DNA of 64,000 nucleotides from a virus: IMG/VR virus record IMGVR_UViG_3300028394_000044, positions 1-64,000 of that record; one strand, given 5' to 3'. A program made the position numbers and the translations under genes. Shown here in pieces: positions 50,196 through 59,606 of the stretch. The notes below the pieces were generated by a model. That model was not told the DNA's origin. It was given only the letters and a program-made list of their open reading frames with translations, and did no database searches. How positions within the stretch are numbered: the stretch's first letter is position 1; every line of letters starts with the position of its first letter.

Positions 50196-51904
50196 TTATA
50201 TTTAAAACTATTCGGTACAAGAACTTTCTGAGTACTGGTAATTATTTTACAGAAATAAAATTGAATGGTAGTACTAATACGTTGGTTATTGGTACAAATG
50301 GTGCTGGCAAAAGTACTATGCTTGATGCGTTATGTTTTGGTTTGTTTGGGAAACCTTTTCGTAATATCAATAAGCCACAACTTATGAACAGTATCAATCA
50401 AAAAGATTGTGTTGTTGAAATTGAACTTTCTATAGGTACAAAAGAGTATAAAATTGTACGTGGTATAAAGCCAAATGTGTTTGAAATTTATCTAGATGGT
50501 GAGTTATTAAATCAAGATGCCGCAGTAAAAGACTATCAAGAACATTTGGAAAAATTTATTCTCAAATTGAATTATAAATCATTTACACAAATTGTAATTC
50601 TTGGTTCAGCATCATTCGTTCCTTTTATGCAATTATCATCTTCTGATCGCCGTGCAATTATTGAAGATTTGCTTGATATTCAAATCTTTTCTACCATGAA
50701 CACAGTATTAAAAGACAAAGTTGCAATCAATAAAGAAGCAATCAATAATAATAAGCACGATACAAATTTGTTTACTACTAAGCATGATATGCAAGAATCT
50801 CATATTGAGGTTTTAAAACAAAACAACAATGAGATGATTGTAAAAAAAGAATCTGAAATTGCCACAATCATGTTACAGATTAAAAATGTGAATAGCATTA
50901 TTGCAGAATTGAACACAGAAGTTTCTGAGTTACAGGGTAGTATTAATGATAAAGATAGTGTTAATGCTAAACTCAAAAAATTGAATCAGTTTGAAACTCA
51001 GATCGAGTCTAACCTTTCAAAACATAAAAAAGATATTAACTTTTTTGAGAACAATGATGATTGTCCAACTTGCCGTCAAGCAATTAACCAAGAATTCAAA
51101 AATACACAAATAAAAGAACTTGGCAGTAAAATAGAAAAGTTTGCTGAAGGCTTATCAAAACTTGAAATTGATATTATTGAGCAACAGAATAAATTGAATG
51201 TTATTCAAGAGATTACTTCGGATATACACAGTAAACAAGTTAGTATTGCCTCCAATACAACAACAGTAATACAGTCTACCAATTATATTACTAAACTTCA
51301 AAAAGAAATTATTGAGTTGAGTGGTACAAAAGAAGATTTAAGATCCGAGACTGATAAGTTGGATAAGTTAAAAACTTCACTGTTAAATTTGGAAGAGACA
51401 AAGAAACAATTATTTGATGAAAAAACGTACTTAGAGGCAGCATCATTATTGCTGAAAGATTCTGGAATAAAAACAAAAATTATCAAACAGTATTTGCCAG
51501 TAATTAATAAATTGGTAAATAAATATTTGGCTACACTAGATTTCTTTGTTAACTTTAACCTTGATGAATCATTTAAAGAAACTATCAAGTCTCGTCACCG
51601 AGATGAGTTTAGCTATGCATCTTTTAGTGAAGGTGAAAAACAACGTATCGATATGGCTCTGATGTTAACTTGGCGCGCTGTTGCTAAGTTGAAGAACTCT
51701 ACGAATACGAATCTTCTTATTTTGGATGAGGTGTTTGACTCTTCACTAGATAATAATGGTACAGAATATTTAATGAGCATTTTGCAGATGCTTGAAGATG
51801 TTAACTTGTTTGTCATTTCTCATAAGGGTGATATTCTACAAGATAAATTTAGGTCTGTATTACGTTTTGAAAAAGTTAATAATTTTAGTAGGATAGCAAC
51901 ATGA
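50192..51904 (+). CDS. gp46: Recombination ATPase gp46 (Rad50/SbcC-like)
   Basis: GTNGAGKS; CPTC hook; FSEGEK; LILDEVFD; ISH. Confidence 0.95.
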   Translation: MIIFKTIRYKNFLSTGNYFTEIKLNGSTNTLVIGTNGAGKSTMLDALCFGLFGKPFRNINKPQLMNSINQKDCVVEIELSIGTKEYKIVRGIKPNVFEIYLDGELLNQDAAVKDYQEHLEKFILKLNYKSFTQIVILGSASFVPFMQLSSSDRRAIIEDLLDIQIFSTMNTVLKDKVAINKEAINNNKHDTNLFTTKHDMQESHIEVLKQNNNEMIVKKESEIATIMLQIKNVNSIIAELNTEVSELQGSINDKDSVNAKLKKLNQFETQIESNLSKHKKDINFFENNDDCPTCRQAINQEFKNTQIKELGSKIEKFAEGLSKLEIDIIEQQNKLNVIQEITSDIHSKQVSIASNTTTVIQSTNYITKLQKEIIELSGTKEDLRSETDKLDKLKTSLLNLEETKKQLFDEKTYLEAASLLLKDSGIKTKIIKQYLPVINKLVNKYLATLDFFVNFNLDESFKETIKSRHRDEFSYASFSEGEKQRIDMALMLTWRAVAKLKNSTNTNLLILDEVFDSSLDNNGTEYLMSILQMLEDVNLFVISHKGDILQDKFRSVLRFEKVNNFSRIAT

Positions 51905-52101
51905 CAAAAAAATATGATGAAGACTTAATTCCATTGCAGTCTCATTTTGAAGGTAATAAAATGGCAACTGTTTATTTTGAAAAAGATGGTGGTTTTGTTG
52001 TTTTGTTGTCCGATGAAGATTCTGGTTTTAGAGATAAACAGTTTTTCGATAATGAAAATAAAGCAGAAGATTATGCTGAAAATTGGGTACTAGGAATATA
52101 A
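51901..52101 (+). CDS. Small hypothetical protein
   Basis: AEDYAENWV C-terminus; ATGA overlap. Confidence 0.55.
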   Translation: MTKKYDEDLIPLQSHFEGNKMATVYFEKDGGFVVLLSDEDSGFRDKQFFDNENKAEDYAENWVLGI

Positions 52102-52102
52102 T

Positions 52103-52672
52103 ATGAGTGAATATTTAACAATCAATACAGCACCAGAAAAAGTTAAAAAAGAACCGGTACCATATCAAGTGTGTACTGAAGGTAGTGCATCACTACTTTT
52201 TAAGCCTGCTGACATTCCAATTGAAGACATTAAGCATCCACAAATGCAGGAAATGATTGAACGATTAAAATTGACAATGAAAGTCTACCGTGGTATAGGT
52301 TTGTCCGCTAATCAGTGTGGCATTAATGCGCGAGTATTTGTTATGGGTTCTGATGTGTTTCAAATGGTGTGTATCAATCCTAAAATTGTAAAAACATTTG
52401 ATGAAATGGAAAGAATAAAAGAAGGTTGCTTATCTTTTCCTGGAATGTATTTGTCAATTCCACGTTTCAAAAAGATCGCCGTAGAATTTCAGAATCAAGA
52501 AGGTGAAACAATTATTACCGAACTTGAAGGCATTTCTGCTCAAGTTTACCAACATGAGCTTGACCATATGAATGGAATGTGCTACACTAAGCATGTTGGA
52601 CCTTTAGCTATAAAGATGGCTAAACAGAAACAAGCAAAACTGATTAAAACAATTGTAAGGAAATCAAAATGA
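52103..52672 (+). CDS. def: Peptide deformylase
   Basis: GIGLSANQCG, EGCLS, HELDH motifs. Confidence 0.93.
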   Translation: MSEYLTINTAPEKVKKEPVPYQVCTEGSASLLFKPADIPIEDIKHPQMQEMIERLKLTMKVYRGIGLSANQCGINARVFVMGSDVFQMVCINPKIVKTFDEMERIKEGCLSFPGMYLSIPRFKKIAVEFQNQEGETIITELEGISAQVYQHELDHMNGMCYTKHVGPLAIKMAKQKQAKLIKTIVRKSK

Positions 52673-53037
52673 ATGATATAGATGTTGAAGAAACTACTCA
52701 ATATGAGAGTTGTCTTGATTTTGAAAGTGATGAAATAAATGACGTTTCTAAATTCATGGATGATGAAACAGTAGAAGAAAAACTTCCTATAGTTGAAGTT
52801 GATGATTCGTTGCTCACTAGGGACCAATTCTTTAAGAAATATTGGAAAGGTATGCCAACATTTGACCAGAACGATAATCCTCCATGGAAACAACTATATG
52901 TAAACTTCAGAAATGAAGAAGATTACAATACTTTTGCTAAGTTGATTGACCAAGCATTAACGTATAAGAGCAAAAGTATTTGGTATCCAAAACTTGATAT
53001 TGAAGAAAACTCCTTAAATCGTTGGATCGTAGAATGA
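52669..53037 (+). CDS. Acidic partner protein of TAGT-like glycosyltransferase
   Basis: WKGMP.F.Q..VNFRNEED..FAKLI.Q..T.KSKSIWYP; translationally coupled to the downstream GT. Confidence 0.55.
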   Translation: MNDIDVEETTQYESCLDFESDEINDVSKFMDDETVEEKLPIVEVDDSLLTRDQFFKKYWKGMPTFDQNDNPPWKQLYVNFRNEEDYNTFAKLIDQALTYKSKSIWYPKLDIEENSLNRWIVE

Positions 53038-53939
53038 TTGATCCCAAGTATCCAGTTTATATTATCTCTAAAGGTCGACATGAATCCATGTTGACTTCTA
53101 GGTCACTTGCTCGTATGAAAGTTCCTCATTACATTGCGATTGAACCACAAGACTTGGAGAATTATGAGAAAGCATTGGATGAATTTAAGATTCGCCCATA
53201 TGTTACATTGCTAATTGCGCCATTCAGCAATCATGGTGATGGACCAGGTCGTGCTAGAAATTGGTGTTGGGATCATGCGATTGAAATTGGTACCGAAAAG
53301 CACTGGGTACTAGATGATAATATCTCCGACTTCTATAGATTGAATCAGAACAAGCGTTACCGCGTTGAATCTGGTGCTATCTTCCGAGCCGCAGAAGATT
53401 TTGTTGACCGCTTTGAGAATGTGCCAATCTCCGGCTTTCAGTATCGATTCTTCATTGCACCAAATTCTAAATATCCACCTTTCGTAACAAACACACGAAT
53501 CTATTCATGTTTGTTAATCTCTAATGATTGTAAACATCGTTGGCGAGGTCGGTACAATGAAGATACTGATATCTGTCTACGTGTATTGAAAGATGGGGAT
53601 TGCACAATTCAATTCAATGCATTTTTACAGGGCAAAGCGGCTACACAAACAGTTAAGGGTGGTAACACCGAAGAATTCTATCATAAAGAATTCGCTGATG
53701 CTGATGAAAACTTTAAGAAGACTGGTTACAATAGTAGCGGTACAATTAATAAATCACAGATGCTTGCAGATATGCATCCAGATGTTGCAAGAGTTGTATG
53801 GCGTTATGGTCGTTGGCATCATTATGTTGACTACAATCCATTTAAAGTAAACAAACTGAGAATGAAATCTGATGCGGTAATTCCAGAAGGCAATAATGAA
53901 TATGGAATGAAGCTGATTCGTAATTGGAAACCAGATTAA
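53034..53939 (+). CDS. TET-associated/GREB1-like glycosyltransferase (putative DNA base glycosyltransferase)
   Basis: YPVYIISKGR; ARNWCWDH; HWVLDDNI; RIYSC; WRGRYNEDTD; GGNT; RWHH.VDY; start re-assigned to ATG 53034. Confidence 0.72.
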   Translation: MIDPKYPVYIISKGRHESMLTSRSLARMKVPHYIAIEPQDLENYEKALDEFKIRPYVTLLIAPFSNHGDGPGRARNWCWDHAIEIGTEKHWVLDDNISDFYRLNQNKRYRVESGAIFRAAEDFVDRFENVPISGFQYRFFIAPNSKYPPFVTNTRIYSCLLISNDCKHRWRGRYNEDTDICLRVLKDGDCTIQFNAFLQGKAATQTVKGGNTEEFYHKEFADADENFKKTGYNSSGTINKSQMLADMHPDVARVVWRYGRWHHYVDYNPFKVNKLRMKSDAVIPEGNNEYGMKLIRNWKPD

Positions 53940-54775
53940 TGAGCATAGTTGATGAAATAGGCAAAGAGAGTTTAAAGCGATATCTTGAAAACTGCGCTAA
54001 GGTTGCGGATATTGATGTTGGGGCGGCATTCAAAGTCACATTGAATTGTATGAAAGCGCATGATGGCGCAATCATACCTGATGATGATATGCGTCAAATG
54101 AAAGACCTTGAGAATAGATGGTATGAATCCTTGGAAACAGGAACGCCAGACTATTCTGTTTATTCTGATGCTTATTATTTCTGCGAAGTTTGGATGTGCT
54201 GGTCAAAATATTCCAGAAGGTATCTCAAAGAAATCAATGCACCAAAGTCTATGTTTGGTAAAAGTATAGTTGAGTACATTGGTAATGTTGACAATGTGGT
54301 TGATTTAGGATGCGGTTTCGGTTATACTACAGTCGGTATGAAAGAATTGTTTTCAAACTCAAACGTCTATGGTACAAATCTAAAAGATAGTTACCAGTAT
54401 AAGATGGCAACAGAGTTGGGTAACAAACACAATTTCAAAATCATTGAGGATCTTACACAAGTTGAAAAGCCAGGAACAAGTTTGTTTTTTGCTTCCGAAT
54501 ACTTTGAACACTTTGATAGACCGATTGAGCATTTGATTGATGTAATTGAACAAGGCTCACCAACTTATATGTTGATTGCTAACACATTCAACGGGAAAGC
54601 CATTGGTCACTTCAATCAATACAAAGATGGCACCGAAGTCTATGACGGAAAACAAATGGGAAGACTGTTTGGCAAGACACTCAGAAAATTTGGATACGAA
54701 AGTATTAATACTAATTGCTGGAATAGTAGACCAGCATTTTGGCAGAGAAAAAATAGTTGTTTTTTGACAACATAA
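53939..54775 (+). CDS. Class I SAM-dependent methyltransferase
   Basis: VVDLGCGFG motif I; SEYFEH; TAATG coupling to the GT gene. Confidence 0.75.
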   Translation: MSIVDEIGKESLKRYLENCAKVADIDVGAAFKVTLNCMKAHDGAIIPDDDMRQMKDLENRWYESLETGTPDYSVYSDAYYFCEVWMCWSKYSRRYLKEINAPKSMFGKSIVEYIGNVDNVVDLGCGFGYTTVGMKELFSNSNVYGTNLKDSYQYKMATELGNKHNFKIIEDLTQVEKPGTSLFFASEYFEHFDRPIEHLIDVIEQGSPTYMLIANTFNGKAIGHFNQYKDGTEVYDGKQMGRLFGKTLRKFGYESINTNCWNSRPAFWQRKNSCFLTT

Positions 54776-54789
54776 TACTTTAGTAGTAC

Positions 54790-54817
54790 TTGACATTCCT
54801 TCTGGTCCTGATATACT
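54790..54817 (+). promoter_or_regulatory. Sigma70-type early promoter with upstream palindromes
   Basis: TTGACA-16nt-TATACT; imperfect palindromes at 54755-54772 and 54773-54788. Confidence 0.7.
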
Positions 54818-54842
54818 TGTATTTGTATTTAGAAGGAACAAC

Positions 54843-57101
54843 ATGCAATTTACTCAAGAATCTAAGTCCCAACTAGCCAAGCTAATGGCTACCGAAAATC
54901 TCCGTGTTGAACATGCCAACGTTCAAACGGCTATGTTTAACCTCAAAACTCGTACACTGACCTTGCCAATTTGGAAAGATATGTCAGGCGAACTTTATGA
55001 CCTTTTAACAGGACATGAGGTTGGTCACGCATTGGAAACTCCAGAAGAAGGCTGGCACAATGCTGTTGTTGGTTCTGGAAAATACAATAAAAATTTCAAG
55101 CACTTTTTAAATGTGGTAGAAGACTGCCGTATTGAGAAGAAAATGAAACGCCGTTATCCAGGTCTACGTCCTTCTTTTGTGAAGGCTTATGGACAATTAA
55201 TTGAACGTGATTTTTTTGGTATAAAAGACCGTAATATCAATTCAATGTCATTTATTGACCGTTTAAATCTTTATACAAAAGCTGGTGTTGCTTTGAATAT
55301 AAGTTTCACTGATGAAGAACAGAAAATGGTTTCTGATGTAGAAACTTGTGAAACATGGGATGACGTTTTGCGAGTAACTGAAACTGTTTATGGTTATTCT
55401 AAACAAGAACAAGAAGAACAATTCAAACTAGCCAATCTCAATTCTATTGATGAAGATGATTCTGAATATGAATATGAGGATAGTGATTTTAATGATTCCG
55501 ATGAAACTGGTGATTCAGATTCAAACTCCGATGAAACTGGTGATTCAGATTCAAACTCCGATGAAACTGGTGATTCAGATTTAGATTCTGATAATGTGGA
55601 AGACTCAAAAACTGGTAATCGTTTAGAACGATTTAAAGATTCTAAACCAACGGATTCCGTTAGTGATTTTGAACCAATATGCGAAACTGATGAAACATTC
55701 CGCAGAAATGAAAATAAATTATTGGATGAAAAAAGTCGTCCATATGTTTATGTTACTCTACCAAAACCAATTATGTCCGAAATTCTGACACCATATAAAC
55801 GTGTACATGAATTGATGGAAGAATACTGGTTTGGTCAAGCATTCATTTCAAAAGAATTACAACAAAGACTGTATAATGAATTCAAACAAAAGAATGACCG
55901 TTATATTGGCTTACTGGCTAAAGAATTTGAAATGCGTAAAGCCGCTTCTAAATTCTCAAAACAAAAAATTTCTGAAACTGGTGATATTGATGTTTCTCGC
56001 ATCTACAAATACCAAGTTGATGACAATATTTTCCGTAAGATTAGCCGTGTTCCAAAAGGTAAATCTCATGGACTAGTTTTATTGTTTGATCGTTCAGGTT
56101 CAATGCAGTATAATATGGAAAGTACGATTGAGCAATTCTTGATTCTTTCTTTGTTTTGCCGTAAAGTAAATATTCCTTTCGTGGTGTATGGTTTTGGTAA
56201 TAATACTGATGGATTTGCTCTTGACCATGGCCGTCCTAATGGAAATTGCTTTGATGAGAAAATTGGTTCATTGAATATGCCAAGCGTTTATTTGCGTGAA
56301 TATCTTAATTCTAAAATGTCTATGAGTGAATTCACTCGTTGCGTTAAAAATTTGGTATGTCTTGGAGAATCATTTGCTCCAAAAAGTTATCGCAAATTAT
56401 TTCCTCCTCGTTCAGAGAATTTGTCTTGTACACCAATGATTGAATCGATTGTTGCATTGAAACCTCTCACAGAAGAATTCCGTAAAAACAATAATCTTGA
56501 TATTGTTAATATGGTACTATTACATGATGGTGATGCCGACGATATAAATTCTTATTACAATCATAACGGAAGTATTTCGAGTTTTTATCTAGGAAGCAGT
56601 AATGTAATTTTGCGTGATGAAAAAACCAAATTTGAAACTAAGTTGAATTATTTGGATGGTGATTCTGGTGTACGTGAAGGTGTTTTTAATTGGTACCAGA
56701 AAACAACAGGTGCTAAAATTATTGGTTTCTTCATTAATGGTGGAACAAATGGTCAAGTGAAGAATAGCATACTTCGCCGATATCACGATAAAGATGGCAA
56801 AACTATTTTTGAAAATACTGAAAAACTTGAGAAGTACCGTCAAAGTTACGCACAAGAAATAATTGTAAAAAATTTAGTTAAAACTATGAAAGAAGAACGA
56901 TTCTTAGAATCAAATAATCGTGGTTATAAAAAGTTCTTTTTGATACCTGGTGGTTCTGACCTTGATACGGTGAACGATAACCTTCAAATTGAAGGTAATG
57001 TTACAGCTTTAAAGCTAAAGAATGCATTTATCAAAATGAATAAGAAACGTCAAGTTTCTCGTGTTTTGGTAAACCGCTTCATTGGCGAAATTGCTGTATG
57101 A
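54843..57101 (+). CDS. CobT-like protein: N-terminal HExxH metallopeptidase-like domain, acidic linker, vWA (MIDAS) domain
   Basis: HEVGH; NVVED.RIE; DRSGS MIDAS; LHDGD; partner of downstream AAA ATPase. Confidence 0.8.
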   Translation: MQFTQESKSQLAKLMATENLRVEHANVQTAMFNLKTRTLTLPIWKDMSGELYDLLTGHEVGHALETPEEGWHNAVVGSGKYNKNFKHFLNVVEDCRIEKKMKRRYPGLRPSFVKAYGQLIERDFFGIKDRNINSMSFIDRLNLYTKAGVALNISFTDEEQKMVSDVETCETWDDVLRVTETVYGYSKQEQEEQFKLANLNSIDEDDSEYEYEDSDFNDSDETGDSDSNSDETGDSDSNSDETGDSDLDSDNVEDSKTGNRLERFKDSKPTDSVSDFEPICETDETFRRNENKLLDEKSRPYVYVTLPKPIMSEILTPYKRVHELMEEYWFGQAFISKELQQRLYNEFKQKNDRYIGLLAKEFEMRKAASKFSKQKISETGDIDVSRIYKYQVDDNIFRKISRVPKGKSHGLVLLFDRSGSMQYNMESTIEQFLILSLFCRKVNIPFVVYGFGNNTDGFALDHGRPNGNCFDEKIGSLNMPSVYLREYLNSKMSMSEFTRCVKNLVCLGESFAPKSYRKLFPPRSENLSCTPMIESIVALKPLTEEFRKNNNLDIVNMVLLHDGDADDINSYYNHNGSISSFYLGSSNVILRDEKTKFETKLNYLDGDSGVREGVFNWYQKTTGAKIIGFFINGGTNGQVKNSILRRYHDKDGKTIFENTEKLEKYRQSYAQEIIVKNLVKTMKEERFLESNNRGYKKFFLIPGGSDLDTVNDNLQIEGNVTALKLKNAFIKMNKKRQVSRVLVNRFIGEIAV
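55497..55581 (+). repeat. 30-bp in-frame tandem repeat (SDETGDSDSN) x ~2.8
   Basis: tccgatgaaactggtgattcagattcaaac repeated. Confidence 0.92.
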
Positions 57102-57118
57102 TTTTTACAACACCATGC

Positions 57119-57147
57119 TTGACAGTGTGGTGTATTTGATGTATAAT
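57119..57147 (+). promoter_or_regulatory. Consensus sigma70 promoter
   Basis: TTGACA-17nt-TATAAT. Confidence 0.85.
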
Positions 57148-57181
57148 TGATTTATTGATTTGATTGATTGGAGTTTTTATT

Positions 57182-58348
57182 ATGCGTACAATTCAGACCG
57201 CCCAGCGTGAGCAATTTTTGACCCTTGCCATTGCCACAGGTAAATCCGTTTTAACATGGACAGATATTCACAATATTTGCAATGAAAATAATATTAAAGT
57301 GCCGCAATGGTATACCAAAGACGTTGCTAATCGTGCAGGTCGTGGTTTGTATAAAGTTCCTAATGCCTCAGTTTCCATGGCTACTGTTATCTCTATGAAA
57401 AAACCAGAACCCGAATTTGATTCTCAGAAACGAATTACTAATATCGTTACTGACCTTGAAACTGAAAATTTGGTTCCACAAATTTATAAGAATTATGTTC
57501 CTTTCGGCAACTATGATGACTTAGTTGCTATTGTTCAAAGTAACCAATTCTTTCCTATTTTTATTACAGGTCAATCTGGCAATGGTAAAACAATGTCTAT
57601 TGAACAAGCCTGTGCAAAAACAAAACGTAAATTTATTTGCGTTTCAATGACACCTGATACTGATGAATCCGATTTGCTTGGTAATTATGTTCTTATCAAC
57701 GGTCAAATGGAATGGCGTGATGGTCCAGTTACTGTTGCGGCTCGCCAAGGTGCAGTTTTGTGTATTGATGAGATTGATTATGGTGCTCAAAACTTAGCTT
57801 GTTTGCAACGTGTACTTGAAGGCAAACCATTCTTGTTGAAAAAGAAAAACGAATTGGTATCACCGGCTGAAGGTTTTACCATTGTAGCCACTGCCAATAC
57901 AAAAGGTAAAGGTTCAGAAGATGGTCGATTTATGTTCACCAATGTTTTAAATGAAGCCTTCTTGGAACGTTTCTTGAATACATATGAACAACAATATCCT
58001 CCTGTTGCGATTGAAAAGAAAATTATTCGTAAAGAAATGAAATCTTTTGGCCGTGAAGATGATTCGTTTGCCGATAAACTTGTTATCTGGGCAGATACAA
58101 TTCGTAAAACTTTTGAAGAAGGTGGTGTAGATGAAATCATCTCTACTCGCCGTCTGGTTCACATTTGTAAAACCTATGGCATCTATGGTGATCGAATGAA
58201 GGCAATTTCACTTTGTTTGAATCGTTTTGATACTGATACCAAAGTTTCTTTTCTTGACTTGTATTCCAAACTGGATGCTGATGTTAAGAAAGAAGAAATT
58301 CCAGTGAGTACTGTAACTAATCCTTACACGGAAGAAGTTCCTTTTTAA
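57182..58348 (+). CDS. cobS: CobS-like/MoxR-type AAA+ ATPase
   Basis: GQSGNGKT; IDEID; ATANTKGKGS.DGRF; LNEAFLERF; ISTRRL; start re-assigned to ATG 57182 after GGAG. Confidence 0.85.
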   Translation: MRTIQTAQREQFLTLAIATGKSVLTWTDIHNICNENNIKVPQWYTKDVANRAGRGLYKVPNASVSMATVISMKKPEPEFDSQKRITNIVTDLETENLVPQIYKNYVPFGNYDDLVAIVQSNQFFPIFITGQSGNGKTMSIEQACAKTKRKFICVSMTPDTDESDLLGNYVLINGQMEWRDGPVTVAARQGAVLCIDEIDYGAQNLACLQRVLEGKPFLLKKKNELVSPAEGFTIVATANTKGKGSEDGRFMFTNVLNEAFLERFLNTYEQQYPPVAIEKKIIRKEMKSFGREDDSFADKLVIWADTIRKTFEEGGVDEIISTRRLVHICKTYGIYGDRMKAISLCLNRFDTDTKVSFLDLYSKLDADVKKEEIPVSTVTNPYTEEVPF

Positions 58349-58372
58349 CTTGCATATTTGCCTACAGGATGG

Positions 58373-58401
58373 TTGCTAATTGTCCTGTGGTATGTTATAA
58401 T
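58373..58401 (+). promoter_or_regulatory. Sigma70-type promoter
   Basis: TTGCTA-17nt-TATAAT with TG extension. Confidence 0.75.
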
Positions 58402-58407
58402 CATAAT

Positions 58408-58448
58408 ATGAGACTTCGAATCACCTCTCATTTTTTCAAGTGTGATTT
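58408..58448 (+). promoter_or_regulatory. Predicted H-type RNA pseudoknot in the 5' UTR
   Basis: S1 ATGAGA(58408-13)/TCTCAT(58426-31); S2 AATCAC(58419-24)/GTGATT(58442-47). Confidence 0.6.
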
Positions 58449-58463
58449 TATTATGGAGCTATT

Positions 58464-58721
58464 ATGGCTAAACTGACTGCTAAACAAAAAATGCTTGCTA
58501 CTTTGAGCAAGAAAACAGGATACAACACCTTTACTGTTGCTCAAGCCCGCGTTCGTTTTGGTGTTACCAATGTTGCCGCACGTATCAATGAGCTACGTAA
58601 TGATGGATATTCTATTTACACTAACACCCGTAAACTGGATGATGGTCGTAAGATTTCCTTCTATCGTATGGGTACACCAACCAAAACTATGGCTAAACAA
58701 GGTTACCGCACTTTCGCCTAA
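58464..58721 (+). CDS. Small basic winged-helix DNA/RNA-binding protein
   Basis: FTVAQAR.RFGV.NV.ARINELRNDGYSIYTN..YR.G. Confidence 0.7.
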   Translation: MAKLTAKQKMLATLSKKTGYNTFTVAQARVRFGVTNVAARINELRNDGYSIYTNTRKLDDGRKISFYRMGTPTKTMAKQGYRTFA

Positions 58722-58741
58722 AATTGTAAGTTAAATTTAAT

Positions 58742-58779
58742 GGGGATGTGATATATACATGTATCACTCCCTCTTTTTT
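58742..58779 (+). terminator. Probable Rho-independent terminator
   Basis: GGGA(T)GTGATA..TATCACTCCC followed by TCTTTTTT. Confidence 0.65.
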
Positions 58780-58790
58780 ATGGATATATT

Positions 58791-59606
58791 ATGGAAATTA
58801 AAGTTAAAGTTGAAGACTTGAAGAAGCATAAACTGTTTGTTGCAACCCCAATGTATGGCGGCATGAATCATGGCATGTACATGAAATCCTGTCTCGATTT
58901 ACAATCAATGTTGACCAAATATGAAGTTGAAGTTCGTTTTTCTTTTTTGTTTAACGAATCACTAATTACACGGGCCCGAAATTATCTAGTAGATGAATTC
59001 TTACGTTCCGAATGTACGCACATGATGTTCATTGATTCTGATGTACATTTTAATCCACAAGACGTTATTGCTTTGCTTGCACTTGATAAAGATGTTATTG
59101 GCGGCCCGTATCCCAAGAAATCTATTAACTGGGGTAACATTGCAGAAGCTGCACGTAAACATCCAGACTTGGTTCCTTCTGATCTGGAAAATTTGGTTGG
59201 AGATTATGTTTTCAACGTTGTTGCTGGAACAAAACAATTCTCTGTAACTGAACCTCTGAAAGTTATGGAAATTGGTACAGGTTACATGATGATTAAACGT
59301 GAAGTATTTGATAAGATGAAAGACGCTTATCCACAACTGCGCTACAAACCTGACCATGTTGGACAAGCCAACTTTGATGGCTCACGTTACATTCATGCAT
59401 ATTTTGATACAATTATCGACACTGTTGATAGTGCAACAGGAGGTGGTTCAGACCGTTACCTATCTGAGGACTATATGTTCTGTCAATTGTGGCGCAAAAT
59501 TGATGGTGATATTTACTTGTGTCCTTGGATGAAGACTCAACATATTGGTACATATGCATTCACTGGCAATATGTCTAAGATTGCAGAGTTAACTGGAAAA
59601 CTGTAA
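58791..59606 (+). CDS. GT-A fold glycosyltransferase-like protein
   Basis: ATPMYGG; SLITRARN; FIDSD (DxD); GTGYM.IKR.VF; YLSEDY.FC. Confidence 0.7.
   Translation: MEIKVKVEDLKKHKLFVATPMYGGMNHGMYMKSCLDLQSMLTKYEVEVRFSFLFNESLITRARNYLVDEFLRSECTHMMFIDSDVHFNPQDVIALLALDKDVIGGPYPKKSINWGNIAEAARKHPDLVPSDLENLVGDYVFNVVAGTKQFSVTEPLKVMEIGTGYMMIKREVFDKMKDAYPQLRYKPDHVGQANFDGSRYIHAYFDTIIDTVDSATGGGSDRYLSEDYMFCQLWRKIDGDIYLCPWMKTQHIGTYAFTGNMSKIAELTGKL

Noticed and set aside
34670-51904. Introns or inteins in terminase, helicase, capsid or gp46/47
   Set aside because: ORFs are continuous and of normal length, with no intein motifs
54843-58348. Cobalamin biosynthesis (true cobaltochelatase)
   Set aside because: No cobN; phage CobS/CobT-like pairs are MoxR-AAA/vWA modules, so the name does not imply B12 synthesis
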